A stretch of 64,000 nt of DNA, from NCBI GenBank assembly GCA_951406725.2, contig OX597815.1, positions 139,314,001 to 139,378,000 of the forward strand. Direction: 5' to 3'. Positions 29,893-42,105 of the stretch are shown here, piece after piece. This stretch comes from Octopus vulgaris (lineage: Eukaryota). Position 1 is the first letter of the stretch; the number at the start of each line of letters is the position of its first letter. The position numbers and the translations under genes are program-made. Below the pieces are notes generated by a model, which did not search any database, was not told the DNA's origin, and saw nothing but the letters and a program-made list of their open reading frames with translations.

Positions 29893-31198
29893 TAGGCGCA
29901 GGAGTGGCTGTGTGGTAAGTAGCTTCCTAACCAACCACATGGTTCCGGGTTCAGTCCCACTGCGTGGCACCTTGGGCAAGTGTCTTCTACTATAGTCTCG
30001 GGCTGACCAAAGCCTTGTGAGTGGATTTGGTAGACGGAAACTGAAAGAAACCCGTCGTATATATATATATTAATAAATGAAATAAAACATATGCATATAT
30101 ATAAACATATATGTACGCACCTACCTCTACATGTACATATACACGCATATATGAGTACAGGACACCAAAGGGACGTCGAACACAAAGAGAAACGAAAACA
30201 TAGACACAAACCAAAGGAACTGGACATTTTTTTTAAACAACAAAAAATGGAGTACAGGACAATTAACACAACGAAAAAACCCCTTCTTCAGTCGCTAAGG
30301 TTTCATCTACTCTTATCGAAGGATAAAAGCGAGACGTATCTTCGACAAGAAACTTTCCTTCCTGCGAGAAGCAAATCAATTAAAATTCTGAGATCTTTTC
30401 GCAGAGGGGTAAAAAATGGTTAAAAAACAGGACAGTAACGACAGTACAAAAATATAAACAGTAAAAAAATAAACAGTAAAAAAATATAAACAGTAAAAAA
30501 ATATAACAGTAAAAGACAGGACAGGGAAAAACAAGATAAGAAGGGCTGTTGACGCCGAACGAAAAAAGTATTGCAAACGCAGAATTTTTGTGAACGACAG
30601 GAGAGCAGGAAGAATGTCGTCCAGTTACCTTGAAAGTCAGGCCAAAAAAGACAGTCAGGGCGGAAGTATCGTCGCGGGTGGACGACGGGAAGGGGGAGGA
30701 GGAGCAAGAGGAAGGGAGAGAAGAAGGGGAAAGGCTGCGAGGAGACCATGAATAATGGTGAGGGGTAGAGAGAGAGTGAAGAATGAGAGAGAGAGGAAGA
30801 GACAAGTTAAGTGGGGGAAAAGAAAATCAAAGAATAGGGATGGGACAGAAAGGTGAAGAGTGCGCGTGAGAGTTAATATCAAGACAAAAACTTGATATAC
30901 AGAGCAATCTTACTTAAGAGGGTGCGTGCGTTTAGTCATATAATATATTAATAAATGAAATAATATATATATATATATGCGTGTATGTTTGTGTGTCTGT
31001 GTTTGTCCCCCTAGCATTGCTTGACAACCGATGCTGGTGTGTTTATGTCCCCGTCACTTAGCGGTTCGGCAAAAGAGACCGATAGAATAAGTACTGGGCT
31101 TACAAAGAATAAGTCCCGGGGTCGATTTGCTCGACTAAAGGCGGTGCTCCAACATGGCCGCAGTCAAATGACTGAAACAAGTGAAAGAGTAAAAGAGT
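29893..31198 (+). mobile_element. SINE family A split by an ~880-bp insertion in its central (TA)n
   Basis: 5' half 29893-30058, 3' half 30978-31198. Confidence 0.85.
30065..30963 (-). mobile_element. Non-coding insertion bounded by 21-bp direct repeats (probable PLE-like non-autonomous element)
   Basis: atatattaataaatgaaataa at 30065-30085 and 30943-30963; 30145-30315 is homologous to 46447-46570. Confidence 0.55.
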
Positions 31199-31208
31199 AT
31201 ATATATGT

Positions 31209-31416
31209 AGTTAATCCAAACATGAAAACACAAAAGAAAACAACAACAACGCGAGGACGTGGAACAAGTATAGTGTTATTGGACGCTCAGGAAAGGAAAG
31301 GAAGAAGGAGGATTTAACGTTTCGAGCTGAGCTCTTCGTCAGAAACATAGGAAAAGGAAAGATCCAAGGAAGGGAAGACGGAAGAAAAAAATCGCCAACG
31401 ATATACACGCGGTCAT
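31209..31416 (-). mobile_element. Short HHR-bearing PLE-like element (canonical-core subfamily)
   Basis: Contains the HHR at 31312-31346; a truncated sibling lies at 47085-47192. Confidence 0.7.
31312..31346 (-). ncRNA. Minimal type I hammerhead ribozyme
   Basis: GUUU-CUGACGA-A-GAGC UCA GCUC-GAAAC-GUU-AAAU. Confidence 0.75.
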
Positions 31417-32545
31417 TATGTTTGCAGATTTGTATGTTTTGTTTTATGCATGTACTCTCATGCATATAGTTTCCATGTCTAGACGTGCTCATATATACTT
31501 GAATGATAAACTTCTGGAAAGTTTTATAGATTTTTACAATTCCAATGATGGCTTGGATCTGTAGTCTTCGAATCAGATTTCTCCTTTCTGGCTTTGAGAA
31601 TCCCTATTTCTCGAGATTGGTATTAGGCAGTGTGTTACATATTCCAATGCCCCAATAATCACAGGTATAAACCTGAATTTGTAATCTGAATAGTGTAACT
31701 GTAGCTTTCTCAACTGTTCAGCGTAGTTATTTTCTTTTTCGATATTTTTTTAGCTTTAAGATAACATCCGCTAGGCAGCTAATTTCCACAACTGTACAGA
31801 ATTTCTCTTCTCTTCCCAAATCACTGTCAGGTCTTTTATGTTTACATTTTATTAAGGTTTTCCCTGGGATCTCATTATACAGTGTCCTAACTACAACACC
31901 ATGTCGCATCCGTAGATTTTCCTGTGATGACATTTTCGGACAACTGCTTATAGTGTGAATATTTTCGTTGTTAACTCCACAAAGCTGCATCGGTTATCAT
32001 ATTTTACTGCTTTTCCTAAGCCTCTGTCCCTTTTGTGCAACAGGTGTTTGGTTGATATTTCCTGTTCCTAGATTGCAAACGCATACCCTTCAAAGTGGGG
32101 GTTAGTAATCCAATTGTTTGTTCATGACAGTCTGCTTTCATGATCAATGTTACTATCATCTCGGAGCTTTCTACTAACTTATACATGCATGGTCTTCTGC
32201 TGATATACGCTCATCCTTTCATTTGATGATACATTTGGATAAAGTCATACTTCTTTGGGCGTGTATTCAAGGTTATCAGACAAGAAATGCTGCTCGAAGT
32301 CCTATGATGAAAATTTGATCCAGGGATTCAGTTCGACACTTGGTGGTTCAAAGATAATGCCGAAGGGAAATGAAACGACATTCAAAGCAGTCTGAATCGC
32401 TGTTACACCTCTGCCATCTTGTTTTCGTTTTAGGTAGACGCAGTCTTCATCTGTTCATGTGAAAATTAAGTGCACCGGTTTAGTATCTTCCGGGTTTTCA
32501 CGTTAATGGCTTGGATCTCATCAAGCGTCCTATCAAGCAGCCCAT
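31417..32545 (-). mobile_element. R4/Dong-like family A, decayed 3' part (CCHC + RLE)
   Basis: HFEGYAFAI*EQEIST; LCGVNNENIHTISSC..MRH; VVEISC..D; homologous to 1-720. Confidence 0.8.
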
Positions 32546-32569
32546 GTATGTATGTATGTATGTACTATG

Positions 32570-32860
32570 TGCATGCATGGACCTTGACACAAGCACTTAA
32601 AAAGAAACTAGATGGTACATACACTAAAACGCTTAGGGTTGCACAACACATTAACTGGCGTCAAGGCATATTAAATGAAACTTTATATGGAAACTTGCTC
32701 AATATAACAACTGCAATTTCTCAAAGACGATTGGCTTCCTGATGACGCAGGAAATGATAGACAAGCAGTTATTGTAGGAACCAACTCACGGGAGGTGCTG
32801 GAGATGATACCTGCTTGAACGTTTATCGATCAGATGGTACAAATCTCAATAAGGAGGAGT
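32570..32860 (+). mobile_element. RTE/RTEX LINE relic
   Basis: WTLTQALKKKLDGTYTKTLRVAQHINWRQ..NETLYG..ISQRRL. Confidence 0.7.
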
Positions 32861-33016
32861 TGATATGATCGGGTATTTTCCCACCTTTTTACCATAAGAG
32901 AGCTATTTTCTCCACAGTAACTGCAATGATTTTGCCTTTCAGCAGTTGAAGTATGTCACAAACATATTTTAACTAACCTAAATTTTGCTTGTGCCTAAAC
33001 ACTGCTTGGCACTAAC

Positions 33017-33093
<77 letters not shown>

Positions 33094-33134
33094 ACCTATG
33101 TACATATATGTATATATATTTATATACATATATG

Positions 33135-33318
33135 ATAGATCGTTAGCCACTACATATATTTTTTTCTCTCCTTGTTTTTTCCGTGTCCCTTTCTGTAGAA
33201 GAGCGTAGGCTCGAAACGTAAAATACTTTTTCTATTCTTGAGCGTTATACTAATACATCTGTTTGTTTTGTACACCACCTGTCTTCGTCTTTTGTTTTTT
33301 TCGCAAACTCTCCCACTA
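33135..33318 (+). mobile_element. Short HHR-bearing element, CUGUNGA family
   Basis: ttt-CTGTAGA-A-GAGC gtag GCTC-GAAAC-GTA-aaa at 33190-33223; near-identical to 42826-43010. Confidence 0.7.
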
Positions 33319-33336
33319 TATTTATATACATATATA

Positions 33337-33770
33337 CAGGGTGTCCCAAAAGTCACTGATGGGTTTCAACTTTTAATAATTTACTATGCAAGTAAATGCA
33401 TGGAATTTTAATAAAATATAAAGGACATAATGGAAGTTAATAAGCACAAGTCAAATTTTATAACACCACTGTCAAATTTTTTTAACACCACTACATCACA
33501 TATGAAAAATGGCATCGCATAAATGGCAGCCATTATCGGCCTCGCAGGCCCGTGCTCTTTCCAAAACTTGCACCATAACACCCTCAAGAGTTTCAAACCC
33601 CACTTCTCTGATTTCTCTATTGATGTTCTCCTTAAGTTGCACCAGGGTCTATGGTTTGTTGTCATGGACCCTCTCTTCCAGGTAACCCCCACAAGAAAAA
33701 AAATCCGCGGTGTGAGGTCTACTTTGAATGGCCGGTCACAGAAAGGTCTCAATCATGGAGACACATCACT
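33337..33770 (-). mobile_element. Tc1/mariner (maT/rosa-like) right end with transposase C-terminus
   Basis: TA + TIR cagggtgtccc at 33337; minus strand gives DLTP..FFL.G / LEERVHDNKP.TLVQLKENI in broken frames. Confidence 0.7.
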
Positions 33771-33817
33771 GTTTCGCGCTTTTATTCCGTGTACATGTGT
33801 GTATGTTTCTGTATGTC

Positions 33818-33860
<43 letters not shown>

Positions 33861-33863
<3 letters not shown>

Positions 33864-34038
33864 CGAAGGAGTGGCTGTGGAGTAAGTAGCTAGCTTACGA
33901 ACCACATGATTCCGGGTTCAGTCCCACTGCGTGGTACCTTGGGCAAGTGACTCTGCTATAGCCTCGGGCCGACCAAAGCCTTGTGAGTGGATTTGGTAGA
34001 CCTAAACTGAAAGAAGCCCGTCGTATATATGTGTGTGA

Positions 34039-34092
<54 letters not shown>

Positions 34093-34300
34093 TTGTTTGT
34101 GTGTCTGTGCTTGTCCCCCCAACATCGCTTGACAACCGATGCTGGTGTGTTTACGCCCCCGTAATTTAGCAGATCGGCAAAAGAACCGATAGAATAAGTA
34201 CTAGGCTTATAAAGAATAAGCTCTGGGGTCAATTTGCTTGACTAAAGGCAGTGCTCCAGCATGGCCACAGTCAAATGACTGCAACAAGTAAAAGGGTAAA
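33861..34300 (+). mobile_element. SINE family A, full length
   Basis: aggcgaaggagtggctgtgg...ccttgggcaagt...ccagcatggccacagtcaaatgactg. Confidence 0.9.
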
Positions 34301-34306
34301 AGCGTT

Positions 34307-34360
<54 letters not shown>

Positions 34361-34361
<1 letters not shown>

Positions 34362-34535
34362 TGTCCCAGACGAACCAATTTCACGGCAGGAGGTGCAAAT
34401 GAGGGCAGCCGTATCGAACTATCTCATGCACCAAATGGCTGTTAAAAAGCATTCGTGAAGTAAAATCATGTAGCAACACCAATTGGCTGTGCCCCAGCAT
34501 GGCCACAGCTCGTGAGCTGAAACTATATAGAATAA
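34361..34535 (+). mobile_element. CR1/L2-group LINE extreme 3' end
   Basis: VPDEPISRQEVQMRAAVSN plus tail gtgccccagcatggccacagctcgtgagctgaaac. Confidence 0.7.
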
Positions 34536-35681
34536 AATTTAAAAATAAAAATATACACTCGCGCACACGCACACACACATATCCCTCTGTCTTATGCATC
34601 ATGAAAGTCATGTCTGAATATGATCCAGAACTACGTACTGATTATAATAATTAGCCATTTCTTATTCAATACTCAGTAGCTTTCATTTTTCTCAAACATT
34701 TTTTATGTCTTTCGTTTTTGGGAAGCCGATCTTCTCAATTTTGTGAAATTTATTCGATTGACACCGCAATCCACCTCCCTCTAATGGCAACTCTTTTGCA
34801 CATTTGTTACCATTTGCCCGCTGGACATGGCAACCTCCACTCCTTTTCTTAGATTTTCATGAATTTGACGATTTCATTTAAGTTTTTTACTCGTTGCGTT
34901 CCTTTTTTTTTTTGTGTGATATTTTCCACTTTATTCCCACTTACACAAAACGCCAAACCTCTCCCATGTCCTGAAGAAAAGCAAAAAATGTTGATAATAA
35001 ACAGTAAATAGGAAACTTATAGTTCGAAGAGATCTATAAAGGGCAATCAGTACACAATGACGTAATGACCACATAAAACTGGTAAGAAGTAACAAAAATT
35101 AATATGTTTGTAATCATGGACAGAGATGAATACGTTACAAAAGTCAACAATTTTTCAATGATAAAAAGCAATTTTAAACACATAGAAAATAACACCAAGG
35201 CAAAATCAAATTAAGTAAAATATTCATAGCAATAAGCGCACAAGCAGGATTCCGTAAGTTCCCCATATGGGAAGAGAATTCATATTTATGAAAAGTAAAT
35301 ATACACCACATTCGCGTTTCAATACCATACATGTGTGTGGGCGTGTGTACGTGTGTCTGTGTATGCGTGTGTGTGTGCGTGCACGAGAGAAAGAATGTGT
35401 GTGTATGGTATGCATGTTATGTAGGTGTGGGTATGTCTGTATCCTTCAGCTAGGAAGTTTACATTACCCATGGATAGTTATAGGGTCTCCAAAACTGACG
35501 GTATGTAGCGGGGAAGAAAAACTTGAACAAAATGCTTGGAGCAAGATGAACTCTGCTAAAATCACCCAAGGTGCCAGCTGGTGGTATCAAACCGAAAGAC
35601 GATTGAAGCCTACCACATATGCATGCCATAACGGAATGTGAAATCAGAACCCGCAAAGTCGGAAAAATTAACACAAATATC

Positions 35682-35714
<33 letters not shown>

Positions 35715-35719
<5 letters not shown>

Positions 35720-35985
35720 AACAGAACGGAACAACCACCAAGAAATCCTACCACACTCTACACCAGAAAAGTACACCTAAAACACACCCCACACTACCTA
35801 CACCAACCCCAAAACACCTACAGAAGCCCACCACACCAGTTCGAAAATAGACATACCAACAGAGCAGAACAACCACCAAGAAATCCAAACACACTCTACA
35901 CCAGAAAATGCATTTAAAACGCACCCCACACTACCTACACCAACCCCAAAACACTTATAGGGTCCCACCACACCAGTCCACGAAC
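35715..35985 (+). repeat. Two 138-bp tandem repeats in the PLE N-terminal region
   Basis: ataccaacag..accaccaagaaatcc starts at 35715 and 35853; period is 46 codons. Confidence 0.8.
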
Positions 35986-36296
35986 CTAAGAGCCACAACA
36001 TACAATACTATAAAATACAACCCACATAACCAAACCAAAACGCTACTACCAAACATCCACCCCAGGAACCAACCATACAACCATAACAAACAACAAATGC
36101 ACTACGGAGGAAACAACTACCAACACAATATACCTGAGGAACTAAGACGGAACACTAGGTTCAACAACAGACTCCAGAACAGAGCACCACAAACTCACTC
36201 TGACAATTATAACAACATGAGACAGATAAATAATAGCTTTGAACATAACTACACCAACCATTTTTTAGATCCCACACACGGGAACAGGGACACACG

Positions 36297-38594
36297 ATGG
36301 CAAAGGACAAACAAAAGAAACCTCGGGTAATTAAGATAATCAATCTCTCAAACAAAGAACTTACACCTAACGAAATAAGCATACTCTCCAAAGGACTTAA
36401 ATTTACACCCACCCCACAACGTTCTAATTACTATGAAATGAAAGATGATATTTCGGAATTTTGCAGAAAACTAAGACTCACCGAGGCATTTCAAGACAAA
36501 CAAATAGAGGAGGACTCAATAGCTAGAAACAAGAGCAATTACACCCCCACCAAAGGTAAGAATAAAACCTTAGACCGCTATTGTGACTACATAACTAATT
36601 TCCCGTTTCAATTCATCAAGAAACAAAAACACAGCCCTAACTTCAACAAAAGAGAATGGAACGACCTCATCAAACTAAGAGAAGACAAAACAATAACAAT
36701 TAAGGAGGCAGATAAGGGCAACGCGATAGTAATAATGAATACAAACAATTATAAAAATTTAGTGCTATCCCTGTTAAGAGATGAAACGTATTATGAAAGG
36801 GCCCAACAGTATAACCAGCAAAAAATAATGCATAACCTTAGGACATTAATCAACACATACCAAGAAGGACTCACGAACAAGGAGTATGAATACATCACTA
36901 ACTTCAAATGCAAATCGAGTTTGTTCTATGGTATCCCTAAGGTACACAAAAGCCAAACCATTAGAGAAACGTGCAAAACATCCACCGACACACTCATCAA
37001 AATCCCTTCACCAAATGATCTTAAACTAAGACCGATAATAGCAGGACCAGCATGTGAAACTCACCGCCTCAGCAATTTCTTAGACACACTTCTTAAACCT
37101 TTCCTAAAACACATCAAAAGCTACGTAAGAGACGATATAGATATGCTCAACCACCTCCCTAAAACAGTCAATGAGAAAACCCTTCTAGTATCATTCGACG
37201 TAGTTAATCTTTATTCTAACATCCCTCACAACCTAGGAATAGAAGCGATCACCTTCTGGCTGAATAACTACCCCTTTGAACTCCCAACTCGCATAAACAA
37301 AGACCTTATAATAGAAGGACTTAGATTCATTTTAGAGAACAATTATTTTATTTTTGACAATGATTTCTACAGGCAAAGATCGGGAACAGCGATGGGCACG
37401 CGTACTGCACCATCTTTTGCCAACCTAGTGATGGGATACCTCGAGAAAATACTATACCGGATGACACTCGAGAAATATGGAAACACCTTCGCCACCTATA
37501 TCCATAACAACTGGAAAAGATACCTCGATGACTGTTTCATCATCTGGGACAAAGGTATAGAGAAACTTGAGGAATTTAAAATACTATTAAATGGAATAAA
37601 TGACAATATACAATTCACGATGGACCACAACGAAAAAGAATTACCATTTTTAGACATCCTCATTAAGAAAACCGGCAACAAAATAGAGACAGATATCTAC
37701 TATAAACCGACAGACTCTAAACAGTACCTACCCTTTGATTCATGCCACCCACGACACACTAGAATGAATGTCCCTTTTTGTTAAGCTAGAAGGATTTGCA
37801 CCATAATATCAGACACAAACACCCGACACACACGTCTCCAGGAACTTAGAACCACACTCACAAATAGAAACTATCCACAGCCCCTAATAGACAGTGCAAT
37901 CCAACGGGTACTTAAATTAAGTATAGAAGACCTGAGACAAACAAAACCAAAAAAGAAAGAACAATTAAAAACCCTTCCCTACATTTCTACACACAACCCA
38001 CTCAACAATGAGGCCTTCAACACCATACTACAAAGCACAGCCCTACTAAAGGGAGACCCAAAGATGAACCGGATCCTCGAAACACACACCATCATTAAAA
38101 GTAAACGGCAACCAAAATCCTTGAAAAGGATTTTAACCCAAGCTACACTGCACTCAACATCAACCACAAAACCAGCAGTTAGAAAATGTGGAAGGCCCAA
38201 CTGCGGAATCTGTGTCATCTTGAAAGAAGGATCAGAATTTATACTGGAACAAGGCCACCAGTTCACCATTAGAACAAACTTCACCTGCGCATCAGAAAAC
38301 TTAATTTACGTCATAACATGCGCAGGCTGCAATAGGCAGTATATAGGCCATACAAAAAATAGCTTACGTAACAGGATGGCGGTGCATAAATCACAAATTA
38401 GAAACCCTGATTACCGCAAAATACCGGTCAGCGGACACATAGATAGATGTGCTGGAAATGTAAATCCGAAATTTACAACTAACCCGCTCTATAAATTCAG
38501 TGACAACGCAACCTTCACACAACGCCAAAATAAAGAACTATATTTCATAAAAAAATTTAGACCAAGTTTAAACACCCTGGGCCAGGAATACTAA
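36297..38594 (+). pseudogene. Penelope-like RT + GIY-YIG endonuclease, single in-frame TAA at 37782-37784
   Basis: LSKGLKF, KEADKG, FYGIPKVHK, LRPII, FDVVNLY, GTAMG, RYLDD, LPFLD, YYKPT, SCHP; reads on in frame as *ARRICTII..NYP into CGRPNCGIC and LIYVITCAGCNRQYIGHT. ORFs 36297 and 38064 share a frame. Confidence 0.92.
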
Positions 38595-38762
38595 AACAAA
38601 AGATAAGTCCTCCGAAAAGGAGAAGCAAAATTCCACCACGACCGCTACTTCAAACAGACACTCACTCTGACGGAAATATACCTAAGTAAAAAAGGAAAAA
38701 AATTCTTTCGTGCAAATCTGACCCTGATACATACGATACAGCTAAGGGTCAGACCCGACTCT

Positions 38763-39252
38763 GATTGGTCAACAAGTTGATGACGTCTAGCTCAGCTAGA
38801 ATGGACAGGATACAAACAGGGGACAGTCATTAGTCAGAATATTGATGACGTCCTTTTCTGCTTGAATAGTCACCTAACAAGTACAGACAGGGGGCAGATC
38901 TAATGTAGCTATAAGTCGTGATTGGGCAGAATCTGCATGACGTCCCGTTCTCCATGACTAACGAAGCGACTGGTCAGGACAGGAAACAAACAAGAGGCAG
39001 TTATAATGCAGCGATTGGTCAAAATAATGATGACGTCCCGTTCTACTTGACTAACGAAGCGACTGGTCAAAACAGGAAAACAAACAAGAGGCAGTTATAA
39101 TGCAGCGATTGGTCAAAATAATGATGACGTCCCGTTCTACTTGACTAAAGCCACCTAACGAAACGATTGGTCAAAACGTTGATGACGTCACGCTACGCTG
39201 AATTGACCACCTAACAGGCATTATAAAACCGAACACTTCACAAAAACTCATT
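38763..39252 (+). promoter_or_regulatory. PLE pseudo-LTR promoter: six ATTGG-N9-TGATGACGT modules + TATA + Inr
   Basis: Modules near 38764, 38829, 38921, 39014, 39108, 39166; TATAAAA 39222-39228; TCATT 39248-39252. Confidence 0.7.
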
Positions 39253-39563
39253 AGAACCACCCAGCGAACATCCACCATGGGTCATCACATTTGCTTAAGG
39301 TAAAAATGAATTCCTCGCTCTTTCGGAAACATCAATCTTCTGTATTGACCGCTTTCCACCACTTTGATCTGTTTTTTGTATTGAATACGTATCGCCACCG
39401 TGGGCCACTGCATCGAACACTTTGAACATATACTTCAAACTATATATCAACTATACATGAACTATATATCAACTATACATGAACTCTAAGATGTCTGACT
39501 CCGTTGTGTATTATAAATGAATTTCTTGTGTTTGACGGCATGAGCTGTCTTTTTTTATATATA

Positions 39564-39611
39564 ACATTTTTTGATAAAGTTCATTTCAGGAACTGAAACA
39601 TGTTATAATGT
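39564..39611 (+). ncRNA. Hammerhead ribozyme, U3-A8 variant, in the PLE pseudo-LTR
   Basis: ACAUUUU-UUGAUAA-AGUUC(7 nt)GAACU-GAAAC-AU-GUU-AUAAUGU. Confidence 0.65.
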
Positions 39612-39711
39612 ATATATATAAAAATTAAAAAATTGTATAATACAGCAGCATTTTCGAACTTCATTTTTTACAAATATATACCTACTCGTATACGAGCTAA
39701 TCCTATTATAA

Positions 39712-39768
<57 letters not shown>

Positions 39769-39776
39769 TATATAAT

Positions 39777-40175
39777 ACTGGAAAGACTTTCCAAAATTTT
39801 GGTGTTGAAATTTATACAAATGTCAGAGCAGTGTACCATTTTATAGCGCCTAAAGTCCCTCCGCTGCAGTCAAAATACAGAATACAGATACTGCAATAGT
39901 TTGGGACTCAGTGACCAACAGTTTTTCAATACCACCACGAAAGAGCTCAGAGACCTGCAATATGCAGATGTAGACATCTTCAGAGCTAAACTGAATCGAC
40001 TACTGTAAGAATTCCAGATGAACGAACTTTACAGTAAGAAGCAGGAATGAAGTCAGTATTATCAAAATGCCTTATTTATTCACCAAATGCCAACTGCTAC
40101 AGGAGGATTAATTAACTTTTGGCAGCATCAGTTGGTGGTACCCCAGCATGACCACAGCCATACATCAGAAACTAC
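39777..40175 (+). mobile_element. CR1/L2-group LINE 3' relic
   Basis: APKVP..KYR; VDIFRAKL..IPDE; tail ggtaccccagcatgaccacagcc. Confidence 0.65.
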
Positions 40176-40387
40176 ACACACAGAGACACATATGTATATA
40201 TGTGTGTGTGTGTGTGTGTGTGCGTGCGTGTAACAGTGAAAATGAGTGCTCAACACCACATTGGTGGATAAATATCCGTCATCGTGTAGCTACGGACCAC
40301 GTTCGTAGATACCATTAGTTTCATGTGAGAGATGCCTCTCTCGACATAAAACGAATGGTAAGCTAGTTTGCCCACGAATAAAAGAAG

Positions 40388-40423
<36 letters not shown>

Positions 40424-40810
40424 GATTCATATATTCATATATATATGTATATATATATATATTCACATATATGTATGTGTGTGTATATATATATATATAT
40501 TCATATATATATATGTGTGTGTATATATATATATATACATACATATATATATGTATATACATACATATATATATATATGTATATACATACATATACATAT
40601 ATATATACATACATATATATATATATAGATACATATATATATATACATACACATATATATATACATATATATATATATACATACATACATACATATATAT
40701 ATACATACATATATATATATACATATATATATACATATATATATATATATACATATATATATACATATATACATATTTACATATATATATACATATATAT
40801 ATATACATAC

Positions 40811-40900
<90 letters not shown>

Positions 40901-40920
40901 ATATGTGTGTGTGTGTATAC
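40388..40920. repeat. Long compound (TA)/(CATA) microsatellite
   Basis: Direct reading. Confidence 0.95.
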
Positions 40921-41799
40921 ATGTGTAAATGGATGGCTGCCTGTGCACGTACAAATGTATATTCTCTTCTTCTTAGCAGATAAACTATTTCTGGTGGCTA
41001 CAGCATCACGTTAAAAGTCTAATTAGTAAATAAACATAATTTTCATGTAAAGTACGCTGTTATTGCTTAGAGACATTCATTTAATGAAGCAAGCCGGAAC
41101 TTACTGTTTCATATTGATCAAAGTTCGTAGAAGGCCGCCGTTAATGTCGGCTGAACGAACAATGGTGGCTTGTGTAAATATTTGGATGCCGTAGTAAGAA
41201 AAATATCGGCTTGATTTAATTAAAAGTAGTTATTGCTGTAGATATTGAAACTCTCTTGCGAAATATAGTATACTGAAAGTGAATCAATTTAACTGAATTG
41301 AAAGAAGTAAACATGTTCTGATATTTGCAATAGTTTGAACTCTTTTTGTAATAACAGCAAAGGTGTTCAAAATATTAATAGAGTCTACTTGATAAAGTTT
41401 TCTTCTTCAAATTCGGGAATAATTCTAATAAAGGAACTTAAATTCAATATTTCAATTCAGTTATTTAGAAAAATGTTTTTCTATAATAAAAATATTTCTG
41501 GATGAAATACGAAGTTCAATTTCCGTTGATATTTCCAATATGAGAATATATGACTAACTTCTCTTGGAGGATTTTAATCAATCCGATTCATATCTTCTAC
41601 TTACGCCGAAGCATAGAATGTCTTAAAATACCATCATATTTTCTTAGATATTTACTTAGATATTTATACTTTTAGTTGGATGATTCAATAGAAATCTTAT
41701 ATTTATTATATTTACATTATAGTCAGATGTGAAATAAATCAACACATAATCATGCTTTCTCCTGTTAGGATTAAACGTTTTCATCAATATTTTGTCCAA

Positions 41800-42105
41800 T
41801 AGATTTAACTATCCTCAACAGTGAAAATACAATTCATTTGATTTATGCCTTAAACTTAGAAGTACACGAGATGTAAATGTGTTCAAACCTGGATGTGTTT
41901 AAAGAACAATTCGACATATTTGATCTAATATACCAGGCGATCAACATCATGGCATGAAAAGCAAAGAAGAACAGCTCTCTCTACAACTCGCAACTACCAG
42001 GACCGATTCCGGAGAGAGTACCAGGAAGTGAGTCTAAAACAAACAAGCAATAGCGCTACGGGTCGTGCCCCAGCATGGCTACATCCGCTGACTGAAACAG
42101 TTATC
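41800..42105 (+). mobile_element. Old CR1/L2-group LINE 3' relic
   Basis: DVFKEQFD..; tail gtgccccagcatggctacatccgctgactgaaac. Confidence 0.45.

Larger units (their letters stand above)
35715..39716 (+). mobile_element. Penelope-like element (Neptune-type), 5' truncated, inserted in (TA)n
   Basis: RT-EN ORF followed by a pseudo-LTR with promoter, donor and HHR; (TA)n on both sides. Confidence 0.9.

Noticed and set aside
37782-37784. In-frame stop as selenocysteine or programmed readthrough (as in Naiad PLEs)
   Set aside because: The codon is TAA, not TGA, and sits at a Leu position; a TTA>TAA point change is simpler.
38760-39200. CRISPR-like repeat-spacer array
   Set aside because: Eukaryotic context, the spacers are homologous to each other, and there are no cas genes; it is a promoter tandem repeat.
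40305-40365. gagag/ctctc hairpin near gaaac
   Set aside because: No 5' core box on either strand.
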